Positions 8,213 through 16,622 of a DNA stretch of 32,000 nt are shown here, piece after piece. Source of the DNA: Coprobacillaceae bacterium. GTDB lineage: Bacteria > Bacillota_I > Bacilli_A > Erysipelotrichales > Coprobacillaceae. Positions within the stretch are counted from its first letter, which is position 1. Each line of letters opens with the position of its first letter. Below the pieces are notes generated by a model. It was not told the origin of the DNA. It made no database searches and saw only the letters and a program-made list of their open reading frames with translations. Location of the stretch: assembly GCA_963675515.1 (NCBI GenBank), contig OY776328.1, positions 2,640,001-2,672,000 of the forward strand. The letters are read 5' to 3'. Position numbers and translations under genes: made by a program.

Positions 8213-9079
8213 ATGAAAAAATCAGTATCATTATTTGCACAAGCAAAAACAAACAACGAAAAAATAACCATGGTCACCGCCTATGACTATACCAGCGCCA
8301 GGCTGGTCGACCTGGCAGGGGTCGACGTGATTCTTGTCGGTGATTCCTTAGGCAATGTCATGCTTGGCTACTCGAATGTATTGCCGGTCACTGTCAATGA
8401 CATGATCCATCATGGCAAGGCTGTCGTCAAGGGAACCCAGGATGCCTTCGTCATCGTCGACATGCCTTTCATGTCTTACCAGGTTTCAGTTCAACAGGCA
8501 ATTGAAAATGCAGGAAAGATCATCAAGGAAACCGACGCCAATGCGATCAAACTCGAAGGGGGCAAGAGCGTCACTCCCCAGGTCGAAGCGATTGTCAAAG
8601 CCGGAATCCCGGTTGTCGGCCATCTCGGTTTGACACCCCAATCGTTCAACACCTTAGGGGGATACAAGGTGCAGGGAAAACAGACCAAAGCCGCAATGGA
8701 GCTTCTCAATGACGCCATCGCCCTGCAACAGGCCGGAGCATGTGCCATCGTGCTTGAATGCGTTCCAAGCAAACTAGCCCAGCTGATCACCCAGACACTT
8801 GATGTCGCAACAATCGGAATCGGAGCCGGAACCGGATGTGACGGTCAGGTGCTCGTATTCCAGGACATGCTTGGTCTCAACCTCAACCACACGCCAAAAT
8901 TCGTAAAGAAATATGCTTCCCTCGCCCAGGATATCCAGGATGCCATAGGCGGCTATTGCCAGGAAGTGAAAGACCAAAGCTTCCCCAGCGCCCCTTATGA
9001 ATTTGCCATCAAGGACGAGATAATCGAACAGGTCAGGGAATTTATTTTTTCAAAGGAGTCAGATGATGATAGTAACTAA
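8213..9079 (+). CDS. panB: 3-methyl-2-oxobutanoate hydroxymethyltransferase
   Basis: ITMVTAYDYTSARLVDLAGVDVILVGDSLGNVMLGY and KLEGG motifs are present. The start MKKSVSLF at 8213 sits behind a TAGGAGGA RBS. The tracked ORF start at 8012 is an unsupported N-terminal extension. Confidence 0.9.
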   Translation: MKKSVSLFAQAKTNNEKITMVTAYDYTSARLVDLAGVDVILVGDSLGNVMLGYSNVLPVTVNDMIHHGKAVVKGTQDAFVIVDMPFMSYQVSVQQAIENAGKIIKETDANAIKLEGGKSVTPQVEAIVKAGIPVVGHLGLTPQSFNTLGGYKVQGKQTKAAMELLNDAIALQQAGACAIVLECVPSKLAQLITQTLDVATIGIGAGTGCDGQVLVFQDMLGLNLNHTPKFVKKYASLAQDIQDAIGGYCQEVKDQSFPSAPYEFAIKDEIIEQVREFIFSKESDDDSN

Positions 9080-9935
9080 TACAGTAAAACAAGCAAGAGA
9101 CAAGATCAGGGAGTGGCAAAAAGCCGGGAAGTCGATCGGATTTGTCCCGACCATGGGTTATCTCCATGAAGGACACCTGAGCCTGATCGAACAGTCAACC
9201 GCCCAAAACGACATCACGGTTGTGTCGATCTTTGTCAATCCGACCCAGTTCTGTGCCAATGAGGATTTGGACAAATACCCCCGCGACTTCGCAGCCGACT
9301 CCTCGCTTTGCCAGGATGCCGGAGTCGCCATGATCTTCCATCCCACACCTGAACAGATGTATCCTGAAGGGTTCTGTTCCCTGGTGGACATCACCAAGCT
9401 GAAATACGGACTGTGTGGCAATTCGCGCCCGGAACATTTCCAGGGTGTCTGCACCGTGGTTGCCAAACTTTTCAATATCGTCACTCCCGACCGGGCCTAC
9501 TTCGGGCAAAAGGATGCCCAACAGCTGGCCATAATCAGACAGATGACCAGGGATTTGAATTTCGATATCGAGATTGTGGGATGTCCGATCATCCGCGAGG
9601 CTGACGGACTGGCGAAAAGTTCCCGCAATTTTTACCTGAACCAGGAACACCGGGAACAGGCCACCATCTTGAACAAGGCTTTGATCAGGGCCAAGACTAT
9701 GGTCCTTGAAGGTAACAGGGATATCGCCAGGCTTAAAGAAGCGATGGTCAAGTCGATCAAAACCATGCCCTTGGCCAATATCGACTATGTCGAAATCGTC
9801 GACAGCTCAAACCTTGAACCAGTCGAAGAATTCAAAAATGACATCCTGATCGCCTTGGCGGTCCGATTCGGAGCAACCCGACTGATCGACAACATCACAA
9901 TCCCATTCCAAAAGGAGGACAACCAATGCAACTGA
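9063..9935 (+). CDS. panC: Pantoate-beta-alanine ligase
   Basis: [16 protein letters not shown] and FGQKDAQQ motifs are present. The gene overlaps the panB 3' end. The second ATG at 9066 is better spaced from the AAGGAG RBS. Confidence 0.9.
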   Translation: MMIVTNTVKQARDKIREWQKAGKSIGFVPTMGYLHEGHLSLIEQSTAQNDITVVSIFVNPTQFCANEDLDKYPRDFAADSSLCQDAGVAMIFHPTPEQMYPEGFCSLVDITKLKYGLCGNSRPEHFQGVCTVVAKLFNIVTPDRAYFGQKDAQQLAIIRQMTRDLNFDIEIVGCPIIREADGLAKSSRNFYLNQEHREQATILNKALIRAKTMVLEGNRDIARLKEAMVKSIKTMPLANIDYVEIVDSSNLEPVEEFKNDILIALAVRFGATRLIDNITIPFQKEDNQCN

Positions 9936-10309
9936 ACATGTTGAAAAGCAAAATCCACCGGGCGACAGTGACCCAGGCGGATTTGAATTATGTGGGCAGC
10001 ATCACGATCGATGAGAAACTGATGGAAGCGGCAAACATATATGAATATGAAAAAGTCCAGATCGTCGATATCAACAACGGCAGCCGGTTTGAAACATACG
10101 CCATCAAGGGCGAAAAGGACAGCGGCATCATCTGCCTCAACGGTCCTGCGGCCAGGATGGTTGTAAAAGGCGACCTGATAATTATCATGACCTATGCCAC
10201 GATGAGTCCCGAACAAATCAAAGACAATCCGCCGACCGTTGTCTTCGTGGACGATAAAAACTCCCCTACTAGAATTACCAATTACGAAGAACACGGCCTT
10301 TTGAAATAG
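9926..10309 (+). CDS. panD: Aspartate 1-decarboxylase (pyruvoyl-dependent)
   Basis: [25 protein letters not shown] contains the self-processing G-S site. The ORF is 127 aa and has an AAGGAGG RBS. Confidence 0.9.
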   Translation: MQLNMLKSKIHRATVTQADLNYVGSITIDEKLMEAANIYEYEKVQIVDINNGSRFETYAIKGEKDSGIICLNGPAARMVVKGDLIIIMTYATMSPEQIKDNPPTVVFVDDKNSPTRITNYEEHGLLK

Positions 10310-10323
10310 TCGTGGATCACCTT

Positions 10324-10353
10324 ACCCGGACACAAAATGTTCCGGGTTTTTTT
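10324..10353 (+). terminator. Intrinsic terminator after panD
   Basis: The stem ACCCGGA...TCCGGGT is followed by a T7 run. Confidence 0.7.
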
Positions 10354-10455
10354 CTGACAATTCAGCCGGCCACACCCCTTTCCCCCAAGTTTTTCAAGCT
10401 ACATTGGGACCATTCAAAAAAACAGGCAAAAATCAAGGCAACTGATGAGCAAAGT

Positions 10456-10484
10456 TTGAATTTCGGTAATCTTTGTGCTACAAT
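10456..10484 (+). promoter_or_regulatory. Candidate sigma-A-like promoter of the eRF1-like gene
   Basis: TTGAAT, a 17-nt spacer, then TACAAT. It lies about 185 nt upstream of ATG 10669. Confidence 0.5.
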
Positions 10485-10668
10485 TAGTGTACAAAAAAGA
10501 AAGCGTTTCCACTAGAGGACACTTTGCTTCTTTATCCATTGACACGGGTGACAATCAAAAAAAGAGAACGATTCGCCCTTTATTCTTCCAATGGAAATAT
10601 TCAAAATCATTATCGGGACACCAAAATAATTGACGATTCAAACAGAAATTCATAAAGGAGGCAAAATC

Positions 10669-11814
10669 ATGTATGAACTAGTCAAAGATTTTCCCAACGA
10701 ATTCATTTTTGAAGAAGGATACCCTTGCATCTCCATTTACCAAAACACCCATCGCCGCGCTCCAGAAAACATGGATGACAGCATCAATTTCAAGAATTCG
10801 CTCTTCAACATCGAAGAAAGCCTTAAAAAAAGGATCCCAAAAGAGGAAATCGACAAACTGTTAAAACCCCTGTATGACTTGCTCGAAAACCAATCTTTCT
10901 GGGCCAAGACATTGGATGGACTCGCAGTACTGGCAAACAAAGACAGATGCATCGTATATGTGCTGCCTCATCCTGTAGACACCATCACCGCGGTAAACGA
11001 CAGTTTCGCCATCAAACCGCTGATCCGGGTATTCCAGTCAGCCCAGAATTACCACCTGCTTGGCTTGAACAAGGACAGTTTCTCGCTTTACAACGCCAAC
11101 CGCTATTCCATCGAGGAAGTTGAAAGGGATCCGGAAATTTTCAAAACTGTCAAGGAAGTCCTGGGCGAACAGCACACCGATTCATTCTTGAATTACGGAT
11201 CGTACGGCGGGACCCCTGGAAACGCGATGTTCCACGGCCAAGGTGGCAAGAACGAAGAAATCAAAAAAGACCTCATCAAGTATTTCAAGTATGTCGACAA
11301 AGCCGTGTTTGAAAACTTCTCATCAAAGGACAAACTTCCGGTCATCCTGTTTGGTTTGGCCCATAACAGCGGCGAATTCCACAAAATCACCAACAACCCT
11401 TTCTTGATGAAAGACGGAGTGGAAGGTTCATGGGAAAAGCTGGAATTGAACAAATTGAAAGAAAAAGCTTGGGAAGTCATGCTTCCGATCTATGAAGCTA
11501 AAACTCAGGCCCTGCTTGAAGAATTCAACCAGGCAAAAGCCAACTTCATGGGATCCGCCGATCTTGAACTGATCTCCCAGGCCGCAGTCGAAAAGAGAAT
11601 CAAGACAATTCTCGTCGAAGCTGACGTGGAATTCCCTGGCCATCTCGACACCGATGATGGTACGGTTAAGTATGAAAGAGACGACAATATCTCCTACAAC
11701 GATCTTATCGAGTCCATCATCAAGCTCGTATTGAAAGCCCAAGGAAGTGTAGTTGTCCTCCCTAAAGAAAAGATGCCAACCGACAGCGGACTGGCTGCCA
11801 TCTACAGATTCTGA
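10669..11814 (+). CDS. eRF1/Pelota-like protein of the bacterial baeRF type (function unknown)
   Basis: The 381-aa ORF sits behind an AAAGGAGG RBS. The N-terminus reads CISIYQNTHRRAPE and the C-terminus ends GLAAIYRF, both of which I associate with bacterial eRF1-like families. A Gly/Gln-rich loop, YGGTPGNAMFHGQGGK, lies mid-protein. The family assignment is from memory, not from a search. Confidence 0.55.
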   Translation: MYELVKDFPNEFIFEEGYPCISIYQNTHRRAPENMDDSINFKNSLFNIEESLKKRIPKEEIDKLLKPLYDLLENQSFWAKTLDGLAVLANKDRCIVYVLPHPVDTITAVNDSFAIKPLIRVFQSAQNYHLLGLNKDSFSLYNANRYSIEEVERDPEIFKTVKEVLGEQHTDSFLNYGSYGGTPGNAMFHGQGGKNEEIKKDLIKYFKYVDKAVFENFSSKDKLPVILFGLAHNSGEFHKITNNPFLMKDGVEGSWEKLELNKLKEKAWEVMLPIYEAKTQALLEEFNQAKANFMGSADLELISQAAVEKRIKTILVEADVEFPGHLDTDDGTVKYERDDNISYNDLIESIIKLVLKAQGSVVVLPKEKMPTDSGLAAIYRF

Positions 11815-11823
11815 TACGATCAA

Positions 11824-11866
11824 ACGCACCCCAACTCCTTAGAGGATTGCAGGGTGCGTTTTTTGT
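11824..11866. terminator. Terminator between the convergent eRF1-like and HAD genes
   Basis: The stem ACGCACCC / GGGTGCGT has an internally structured loop and is followed by a T6 run on the plus strand. The tail on the minus strand is weaker. Confidence 0.65.
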
Positions 11867-11869
11867 ATT

Positions 11870-12643
11870 CTATATCAAATTGAGGTGCTTGCAGGCATTG
11901 TATATCCCGTCTTTGTCATTGTCATCGGTTATGTATGACGCCTTGGCCTTGAGCGGTTCGATCGCATTGCCCATGGCGACACTGGTCCATTCCTCGATGA
12001 ACATCGACAAGTCGTTGACTTCGTCACCAAAGACTACAACATCGCCATAATCGCCCCCGAAGTGGTCGACAACCGCCTTGATTCCAACCGATTTGTCGTT
12101 GGGTTCGACAAACAGGTATTCGTCATGGAAGCGGCACCAAGGCAATCCCTTCAAGGCATCGAGTTGGAGTTCCTCATCGCGATTGCAGGCGATGTACAAT
12201 TTGTAGATCCGGTCGTAATCCAATGGATCGAGATCGGTCTTCACCTCGGTATCCATATAGGAATCCCTGGTGAAATCATAGAAGCGCTCGTCTGGAGCCA
12301 GGCGGCGGGTGGCGTTGTCAGGTGACATGGCCCAGATGAAATCCTTGCGCTTGCACTCCTCGATCAGCTCGATGCATTTGTCATAATCCAGCGGTTCGAT
12401 TCCAAGGAGCTCATTGTCGATGGTGACTCCGTTGCCCCCGTCGTGGACCATGTTTTCAAACCCAAGCTCCTGCATGTGCTCATAAGCCATCGCATAAGAT
12501 CGACCGGTGGCAATTGCGACAAAATGTCCGTTTTCCCTAAGCAAAGCTATCGCCCGTTTGGCCGATTCAGGAACATATTGGTCCCCTGGCGCCCCGACCG
12601 CCAGCGTTCCATCGATATCAAAAAATATATATTTTTTCTTCAT
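11870..12643 (-). CDS. Cof-type HAD-IIB phosphatase
   Basis: MKKKYIFFDIDGTL (motif I), ATGRS and GDEVNDLSM (motif IV) are present. The ATG at 12643 lies 9 nt from GGAG; an alternative ATG is at 12649. The tracked 327-aa ORF runs on through a tRNA gene and is an artefact. Confidence 0.85.
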   Translation of the reverse strand: MKKKYIFFDIDGTLAVGAPGDQYVPESAKRAIALLRENGHFVAIATGRSYAMAYEHMQELGFENMVHDGGNGVTIDNELLGIEPLDYDKCIELIEECKRKDFIWAMSPDNATRRLAPDERFYDFTRDSYMDTEVKTDLDPLDYDRIYKLYIACNRDEELQLDALKGLPWCRFHDEYLFVEPNDKSVGIKAVVDHFGGDYGDVVVFGDEVNDLSMFIEEWTSVAMGNAIEPLKAKASYITDDNDKDGIYNACKHLNLI

Positions 12644-12728
12644 TGTCATTTTCTCCTGGTGGCTGGTTGCCACATTTACCATTATTGCCAAAACCAAAGA
12701 TAATGCAAGCGAATTTCCAAATCGGAAA

Positions 12729-12754
12729 AAGAAAAAATGCCCGAAGGCATTTTG
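12729..12754 (-). terminator. Intrinsic terminator after tRNA-Arg(CCG)
   Basis: The minus strand reads AATGCC TTCG GGCATT followed by TTTTTC. Confidence 0.65.
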
Positions 12755-12765
12755 GTCACATTTAA

Positions 12766-12842
12766 TGGCGTCCCCGACTGGATTCGAACCAGCGGCTAAT
12801 CGCTCCGGAGGCGATCCCTCTATCCAACTGAGGTACGGGGAC
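12766..12842 (-). tRNA. tRNA-Arg (anticodon CCG)
   Basis: This 77-nt sequence folds by hand into a cloverleaf. It has a 7-bp acceptor stem GTCCCCG/CGGGGAC, a D arm CCTC/GAGG and an anticodon stem ATCGC/GCGAT. The anticodon loop is CT-CCG-GA, a TTCGAAT T-loop is present, and CCA is encoded. Confidence 0.9.
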
Positions 12843-12875
12843 ATCATCGACAACAGCTTTGAATGTTGCTATATC

Positions 12876-12904
12876 ATTCTAGCACAATCGCATGCTGTTT
12901 TAAA
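12876..12904 (-). promoter_or_regulatory. Candidate promoter of tRNA-Arg(CCG)
   Basis: The minus strand reads TTTAAA, a 17-nt spacer, then TAGAAT with an extended TGc element. Confidence 0.4.
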
Positions 12905-12938
12905 GCGAAAATTAAACAATATCATATTAAAGCAAAAT

Positions 12939-13015
12939 TGGCGTCCCCGACTGGAGTCGAACCAGCGACAGACCGCTTAGGAGGCGGTTCCTCTATCCTA
13001 CTGAGGTACGGGGAC
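12939..13015 (-). tRNA. tRNA-Arg (anticodon CCT)
   Basis: This 77-nt cloverleaf has the same acceptor, D and T stems as the neighbouring tRNA. The anticodon stem is ACCGC/GCGGT with loop CT-CCT-AA, and CCA is encoded. Confidence 0.9.
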
Positions 13016-13038
13016 AAGTTCTTTAAACAAGCCCTTAG

Positions 13039-13067
13039 ATTTTAACATATTTCCCGGGGAATTTAAA
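13039..13067 (-). promoter_or_regulatory. Candidate promoter of tRNA-Arg(CCT)
   Basis: The minus strand reads TTTAAA, a 17-nt spacer, then TAAAAT with an extended TGt element. It lies 23 nt upstream of the tRNA 5' end. Confidence 0.4.
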
Positions 13068-13085
13068 GAGGAAACTGCGAATTTG

Positions 13086-14018
13086 TCAAAGTGCTCCAAT
13101 GATCCGCAAAACAAAGATCCAGAATGTGAGAGTCACAGCCGACAATATCGTTGTTATCACGATGACCGAACCGCTTAAAACCTGGTCGTTTCCCAGCTGG
13201 TCAGCCATGACGTAGCTAGTGGGAGTCGTCGGTCCCCCGAAAAGGACAGCCAGCGCCACCATCATCGCCCCGGAGAAGTCAAATGCCAGCGCCCCCATCA
13301 GGAAGACGGCCGGAATTACCACCAGCTTGATGATGCTGGCAATCAGGCTGAGCTTGATTTTAGCTATGGCCTGAGTCCCCTTGAATGTCGCCCCGATTGT
13401 CAAAAGCGCAAGCGGTGTGGCCGTGCGGGCAACCATATCCAGGGCCGATTGGACCATAACAGGCATCTGCAATGAAAACAGCGAGGCCAGCGATCCCGCA
13501 ATGATAGCGACGATTATCGGGTTTGTCAAGACATGGCCCAAGGTCTGTTTCAATCGAAGATTCTGGTTGCCTTCGATTGCCAGAACCAGAACGGCGTAAA
13601 TATTGAACAGCGGAACCGCACCGATGATCATCATGGGAGCCATTGACGCATCATCGTACATGTTCATGATCAAGGCAATCCCCAAAACCGCCGCTGATGA
13701 TCGGTAACTGGCCTGGACAAAGGCTCCGACAGCCAATTTGTCACCAATAAACTTTCGCGCCAGGATCCAGATGCAAAAAAACATCAACGTGGTAGCCAAG
13801 GCGCAGTAGCCAACGAAAACCGGATCGAATGTCGCCCTCAAATCGGTGCGCCACATCTGCATGAACAACAACAGCGGCAAAGATATTTTGAAATTGAACC
13901 GGTTGGCCGGTGCCACAAAGCCATCGTCGATGACCTTGAAACGCATCAGCCCATAACCGATCACAATCACGATAAATACCGGAATCGTCGCATTAAGCGC
14001 AAAAATCAGATTTTCCAT
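13086..14018 (-). CDS. AEC-family (auxin efflux carrier / malate permease-like) transporter
   Basis: The 310-aa polytopic membrane protein starts MENLIFALNATIPVFIVIVIGYGL, which is typical of AEC permeases. Confidence 0.8.
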   Translation of the reverse strand: MENLIFALNATIPVFIVIVIGYGLMRFKVIDDGFVAPANRFNFKISLPLLLFMQMWRTDLRATFDPVFVGYCALATTLMFFCIWILARKFIGDKLAVGAFVQASYRSSAAVLGIALIMNMYDDASMAPMMIIGAVPLFNIYAVLVLAIEGNQNLRLKQTLGHVLTNPIIVAIIAGSLASLFSLQMPVMVQSALDMVARTATPLALLTIGATFKGTQAIAKIKLSLIASIIKLVVIPAVFLMGALAFDFSGAMMVALAVLFGGPTTPTSYVMADQLGNDQVLSGSVIVITTILSAVTLTFWIFVLRIIGAL

Positions 14019-14066
14019 TACTTGCCCCCCGTAAAAAATAAATGCACTACAAGTGAAAAGGCGCCA

Positions 14067-15152
14067 TCATTGACGCCCGTTACGATACTCGATCAAGTCC
14101 CTGAACAACATCTGGATAATCGAGATCAAAGGCACTGCCAGAAACATCCCGACAAAGCCCCATAAGCCCCCGAAGAACGTGATCGAGGCGATAACCCAGA
14201 ACGGCGAAACGCCCACAGTGTCGCCCAGGATCTTTGGCCCCAGGATCAGACCGTCGAATTGCTGGATTGCCAATACCGCCAAGGTTGCAATCACTCCAGG
14301 TACCAGCCCGTCCACCATCAATGTCACGATGACCACCGGAATCCCGCCGATAAAAGGGCCGAAATACGGAATCATATTTGTCACTCCGACAATAAGAGCC
14401 ATCAGCGTGGCAAAAGGGATATCCAGCACCATGAAAAGGATCAGGGTGATTACTCCGATTATAAGCGAATCGATGAATTTGCCATAAATGAACCGGCCGA
14501 AGATGACATGTGACTTATGCAGGTAACCGGTGATCACGTCAGCCTGTTCCTGCTTCAAAAACAGTCCAAGAAGACGCAGGCCGATTGACTTCAATTTGTC
14601 TTTTTCTATCAGGAAATAAGGGATAAGTATAATTCCCAGGATTGTAGTGAATATGGTCGAGCTTGTCGAAAGCGCGATGTTTGCCACACCTGCGATATTG
14701 CTGCTCGAGAATACAGCCATCGTGTTGACAACCTGATCGAGATAGTAAAGTCCAAGATCGACCATCCCGGGGTCATTGGTCAAATCAAGAATGATCTTTT
14801 CCAAACTGGCCACATAATCGTTGATGTTCGTGGTGAAATTGATTACGGAATTGACAATCGCTGGAACTACATAGCTCATGGTCAAAGAGATAAGCACGAT
14901 GATCAGGATGAATACCGCAAACACCGCCAGGAGATAATTTAGCCTCAGGTTCCTGGTGTGGATCTTGCGGATCAGGAAGCTGTCGACAAAACTCACCAGA
15001 GGCTGCAGGAAGTACGCCATCACCGCACCGATTATCAGCGGCGTCAGGACATCGAAAATCGTGGCAAAGACATTGTATTCGAACGACTTGTAGAATAGAA
15101 TCAATGCTATCCCGATAAAAAGTATGTTGATGTAGTTTTTGTATTTAGTCAT
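14067..15152 (-). CDS. AI-2E family (PerM/UPF0118) transporter
   Basis: The 361-aa membrane protein has the family-typical C-terminal half IPYFGPFIGGIPVVIV...DGLILGPKILGD...SPFWVI. Confidence 0.8.
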   Translation of the reverse strand: MTKYKNYINILFIGIALILFYKSFEYNVFATIFDVLTPLIIGAVMAYFLQPLVSFVDSFLIRKIHTRNLRLNYLLAVFAVFILIIVLISLTMSYVVPAIVNSVINFTTNINDYVASLEKIILDLTNDPGMVDLGLYYLDQVVNTMAVFSSSNIAGVANIALSTSSTIFTTILGIILIPYFLIEKDKLKSIGLRLLGLFLKQEQADVITGYLHKSHVIFGRFIYGKFIDSLIIGVITLILFMVLDIPFATLMALIVGVTNMIPYFGPFIGGIPVVIVTLMVDGLVPGVIATLAVLAIQQFDGLILGPKILGDTVGVSPFWVIASITFFGGLWGFVGMFLAVPLISIIQMLFRDLIEYRNGRQ

Positions 15153-15172
15153 ATCTGTAATATTGCTTCTTT

Positions 15173-16153
15173 CTATACTATAAGATTGAAATACTGCTTG
15201 AGCTTATGGAGCGACATAGCCTTCAACAGCTGGTTCTTGCTGGTGAGGGAATCAAGAAGATTGCGCGAGCTGGTGCTGTTCAAGAACTGCTGAAGCTCCT
15301 TGTTCTTGATGGCTCCGACAACATAATAGCGGATTGCCTGGACATCTTCCCCTTGTTCGCTTTCGAGTTTGAGCAAATAAGCGTACATCATCATCAAATA
15401 CTGGTTGAGAAGATAGCTTTTTAGCTTGCGCGATTTGATTGGGGCAACATCGAAACTGGACACCGCAATCAGGTTGTCGATGAAATTGTGATTTTCGTCA
15501 GCGGAATTGTATATCACGATCGAATCAAACGACATGATGTTCAAATCATTATGGTTGTAGACACACTCATTTAGATAATAGAGACGCTCGCTTTTTATGA
15601 AAGTCAGCAAGGTGATCAGCAGGTTGCCCCGCTCGATAAAGTCGTAGCAGGCGCTGTTTGTCTTGTCGATAAGTTCGCTTTTGAACGTCAGGGCGGCTAC
15701 AGGGATATACTTTTTCGACAGTCCTTTGGTTTCATACCAGTTGGTTATGTCGTCTTCCTTGAAGTTCTTGCGATAAGAAACCACCGCGATCTTCTCGTGA
15801 TTGCGGATACTGTAATCGTTGACAAACAGATCGACTGATTTCTGGGTCCTCACAAACGATTCAACCGTGTTGAGCAGTTGTTCGAAGCTATGAAGATTCA
15901 AGGAGTCCTGTCCATAGACGATCTTGAAATACAATCCGCTTATGAGCACTTTGACGTCAAGGAGACTGATCTTGTCTATGAAATGGTAGTCATCGAATTT
16001 TTTGATCAGCTCGTTTCTGGCAATGAATTCATGGATATCATTACATGTGATAATAACCTGGATCCTGTCATTGAACTGGTACAGCGTTTCCAGGACATCT
16101 AATTTTCCCGCCAAGCAATCCCCATTGGGAATCCACACACTAAGCAATCTCAT
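15173..16153 (-). CDS. Hypothetical protein, possibly a divergent and catalytically degenerate GT-A/GT2-like fold
   Basis: The 326-aa ORF starts MRLLSVWIPNGD behind a CAGGAGGG RBS. The gene has clearly lower GC than its neighbours. The sequence follows the spacing of a GT2 template, but GQD replaces DxD and RGN replaces ED (see findings). It lies 20 nt upstream of the AI-2E gene with no terminator between. Confidence 0.35.
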   Translation of the reverse strand: MRLLSVWIPNGDCLAGKLDVLETLYQFNDRIQVIITCNDIHEFIARNELIKKFDDYHFIDKISLLDVKVLISGLYFKIVYGQDSLNLHSFEQLLNTVESFVRTQKSVDLFVNDYSIRNHEKIAVVSYRKNFKEDDITNWYETKGLSKKYIPVAALTFKSELIDKTNSACYDFIERGNLLITLLTFIKSERLYYLNECVYNHNDLNIMSFDSIVIYNSADENHNFIDNLIAVSSFDVAPIKSRKLKSYLLNQYLMMMYAYLLKLESEQGEDVQAIRYYVVGAIKNKELQQFLNSTSSRNLLDSLTSKNQLLKAMSLHKLKQYFNLIV

Positions 16154-16273
16154 AATTATGCCCTCCTGATACTTAAGCTTATAATACCATTCTTTTTGGG
16201 CTATGACCATGATTTTTATTGATTTTCCCCCTGTTTTGTGTTACTTTATTTAAAGACATCAGGAGGAAATATC

Positions 16274-16543
16274 ATGAATTTTGTCATATACTGTTTTATC
16301 TTAGTCATAGTGATTTTCGGGTTGATTTTGTTTACCGACCTGTTCAATAAATGGGTGAAAGCAATCGGATATGCCGTTGTCGCATTCACCAGCGGATCGG
16401 CCTTGACCATCCTGATCAACAAGATCGGTCTGATGAGCGGGCAATACACTTTCCCATTCGAACAATACCGCTATTATACCATCGGTGCCACAGCATTGAT
16501 GACCATAATATTCGTCACTATTGCCAACCGCAAAAAAGCATAG
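16274..16543 (+). CDS. Small membrane protein (89 aa, three predicted hydrophobic helices)
   Basis: An AGGAGGAAAT RBS lies 4 nt before ATG 16274. Three hydrophobic segments are visible and a terminator follows. No family was recognised. Confidence 0.6.
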   Translation: MNFVIYCFILVIVIFGLILFTDLFNKWVKAIGYAVVAFTSGSALTILINKIGLMSGQYTFPFEQYRYYTIGATALMTIIFVTIANRKKA

Positions 16544-16549
16544 TATAAA

Positions 16550-16581
16550 CCCCCTTAACCTTCGAGGCTAAGGGGGTTTTT
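16550..16581. terminator. Terminator between the convergent small membrane protein and rpiR genes
   Basis: The stem CCCCCTTA / TAAGGGGG is followed by a T5 run on the plus strand. Confidence 0.7.
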
Positions 16582-16622
16582 CAATCAAATGCATCCAAAC
16601 AAGAACTCAGATCATACCGGCA

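Noticed and set aside
10312-10515. A 67-aa ORF immediately after panD.
   Set aside because: It starts within the panD terminator hairpin, has no RBS, and spans the promoter of the next gene.
11870-12853. A 327-aa version of the HAD phosphatase ORF that extends upstream.
   Set aside because: The extension reads through a terminator and the tRNA-Arg(CCG) gene. The canonical HAD N-terminus MKKKYIFFDIDGT with an RBS lies at 12643-12649.
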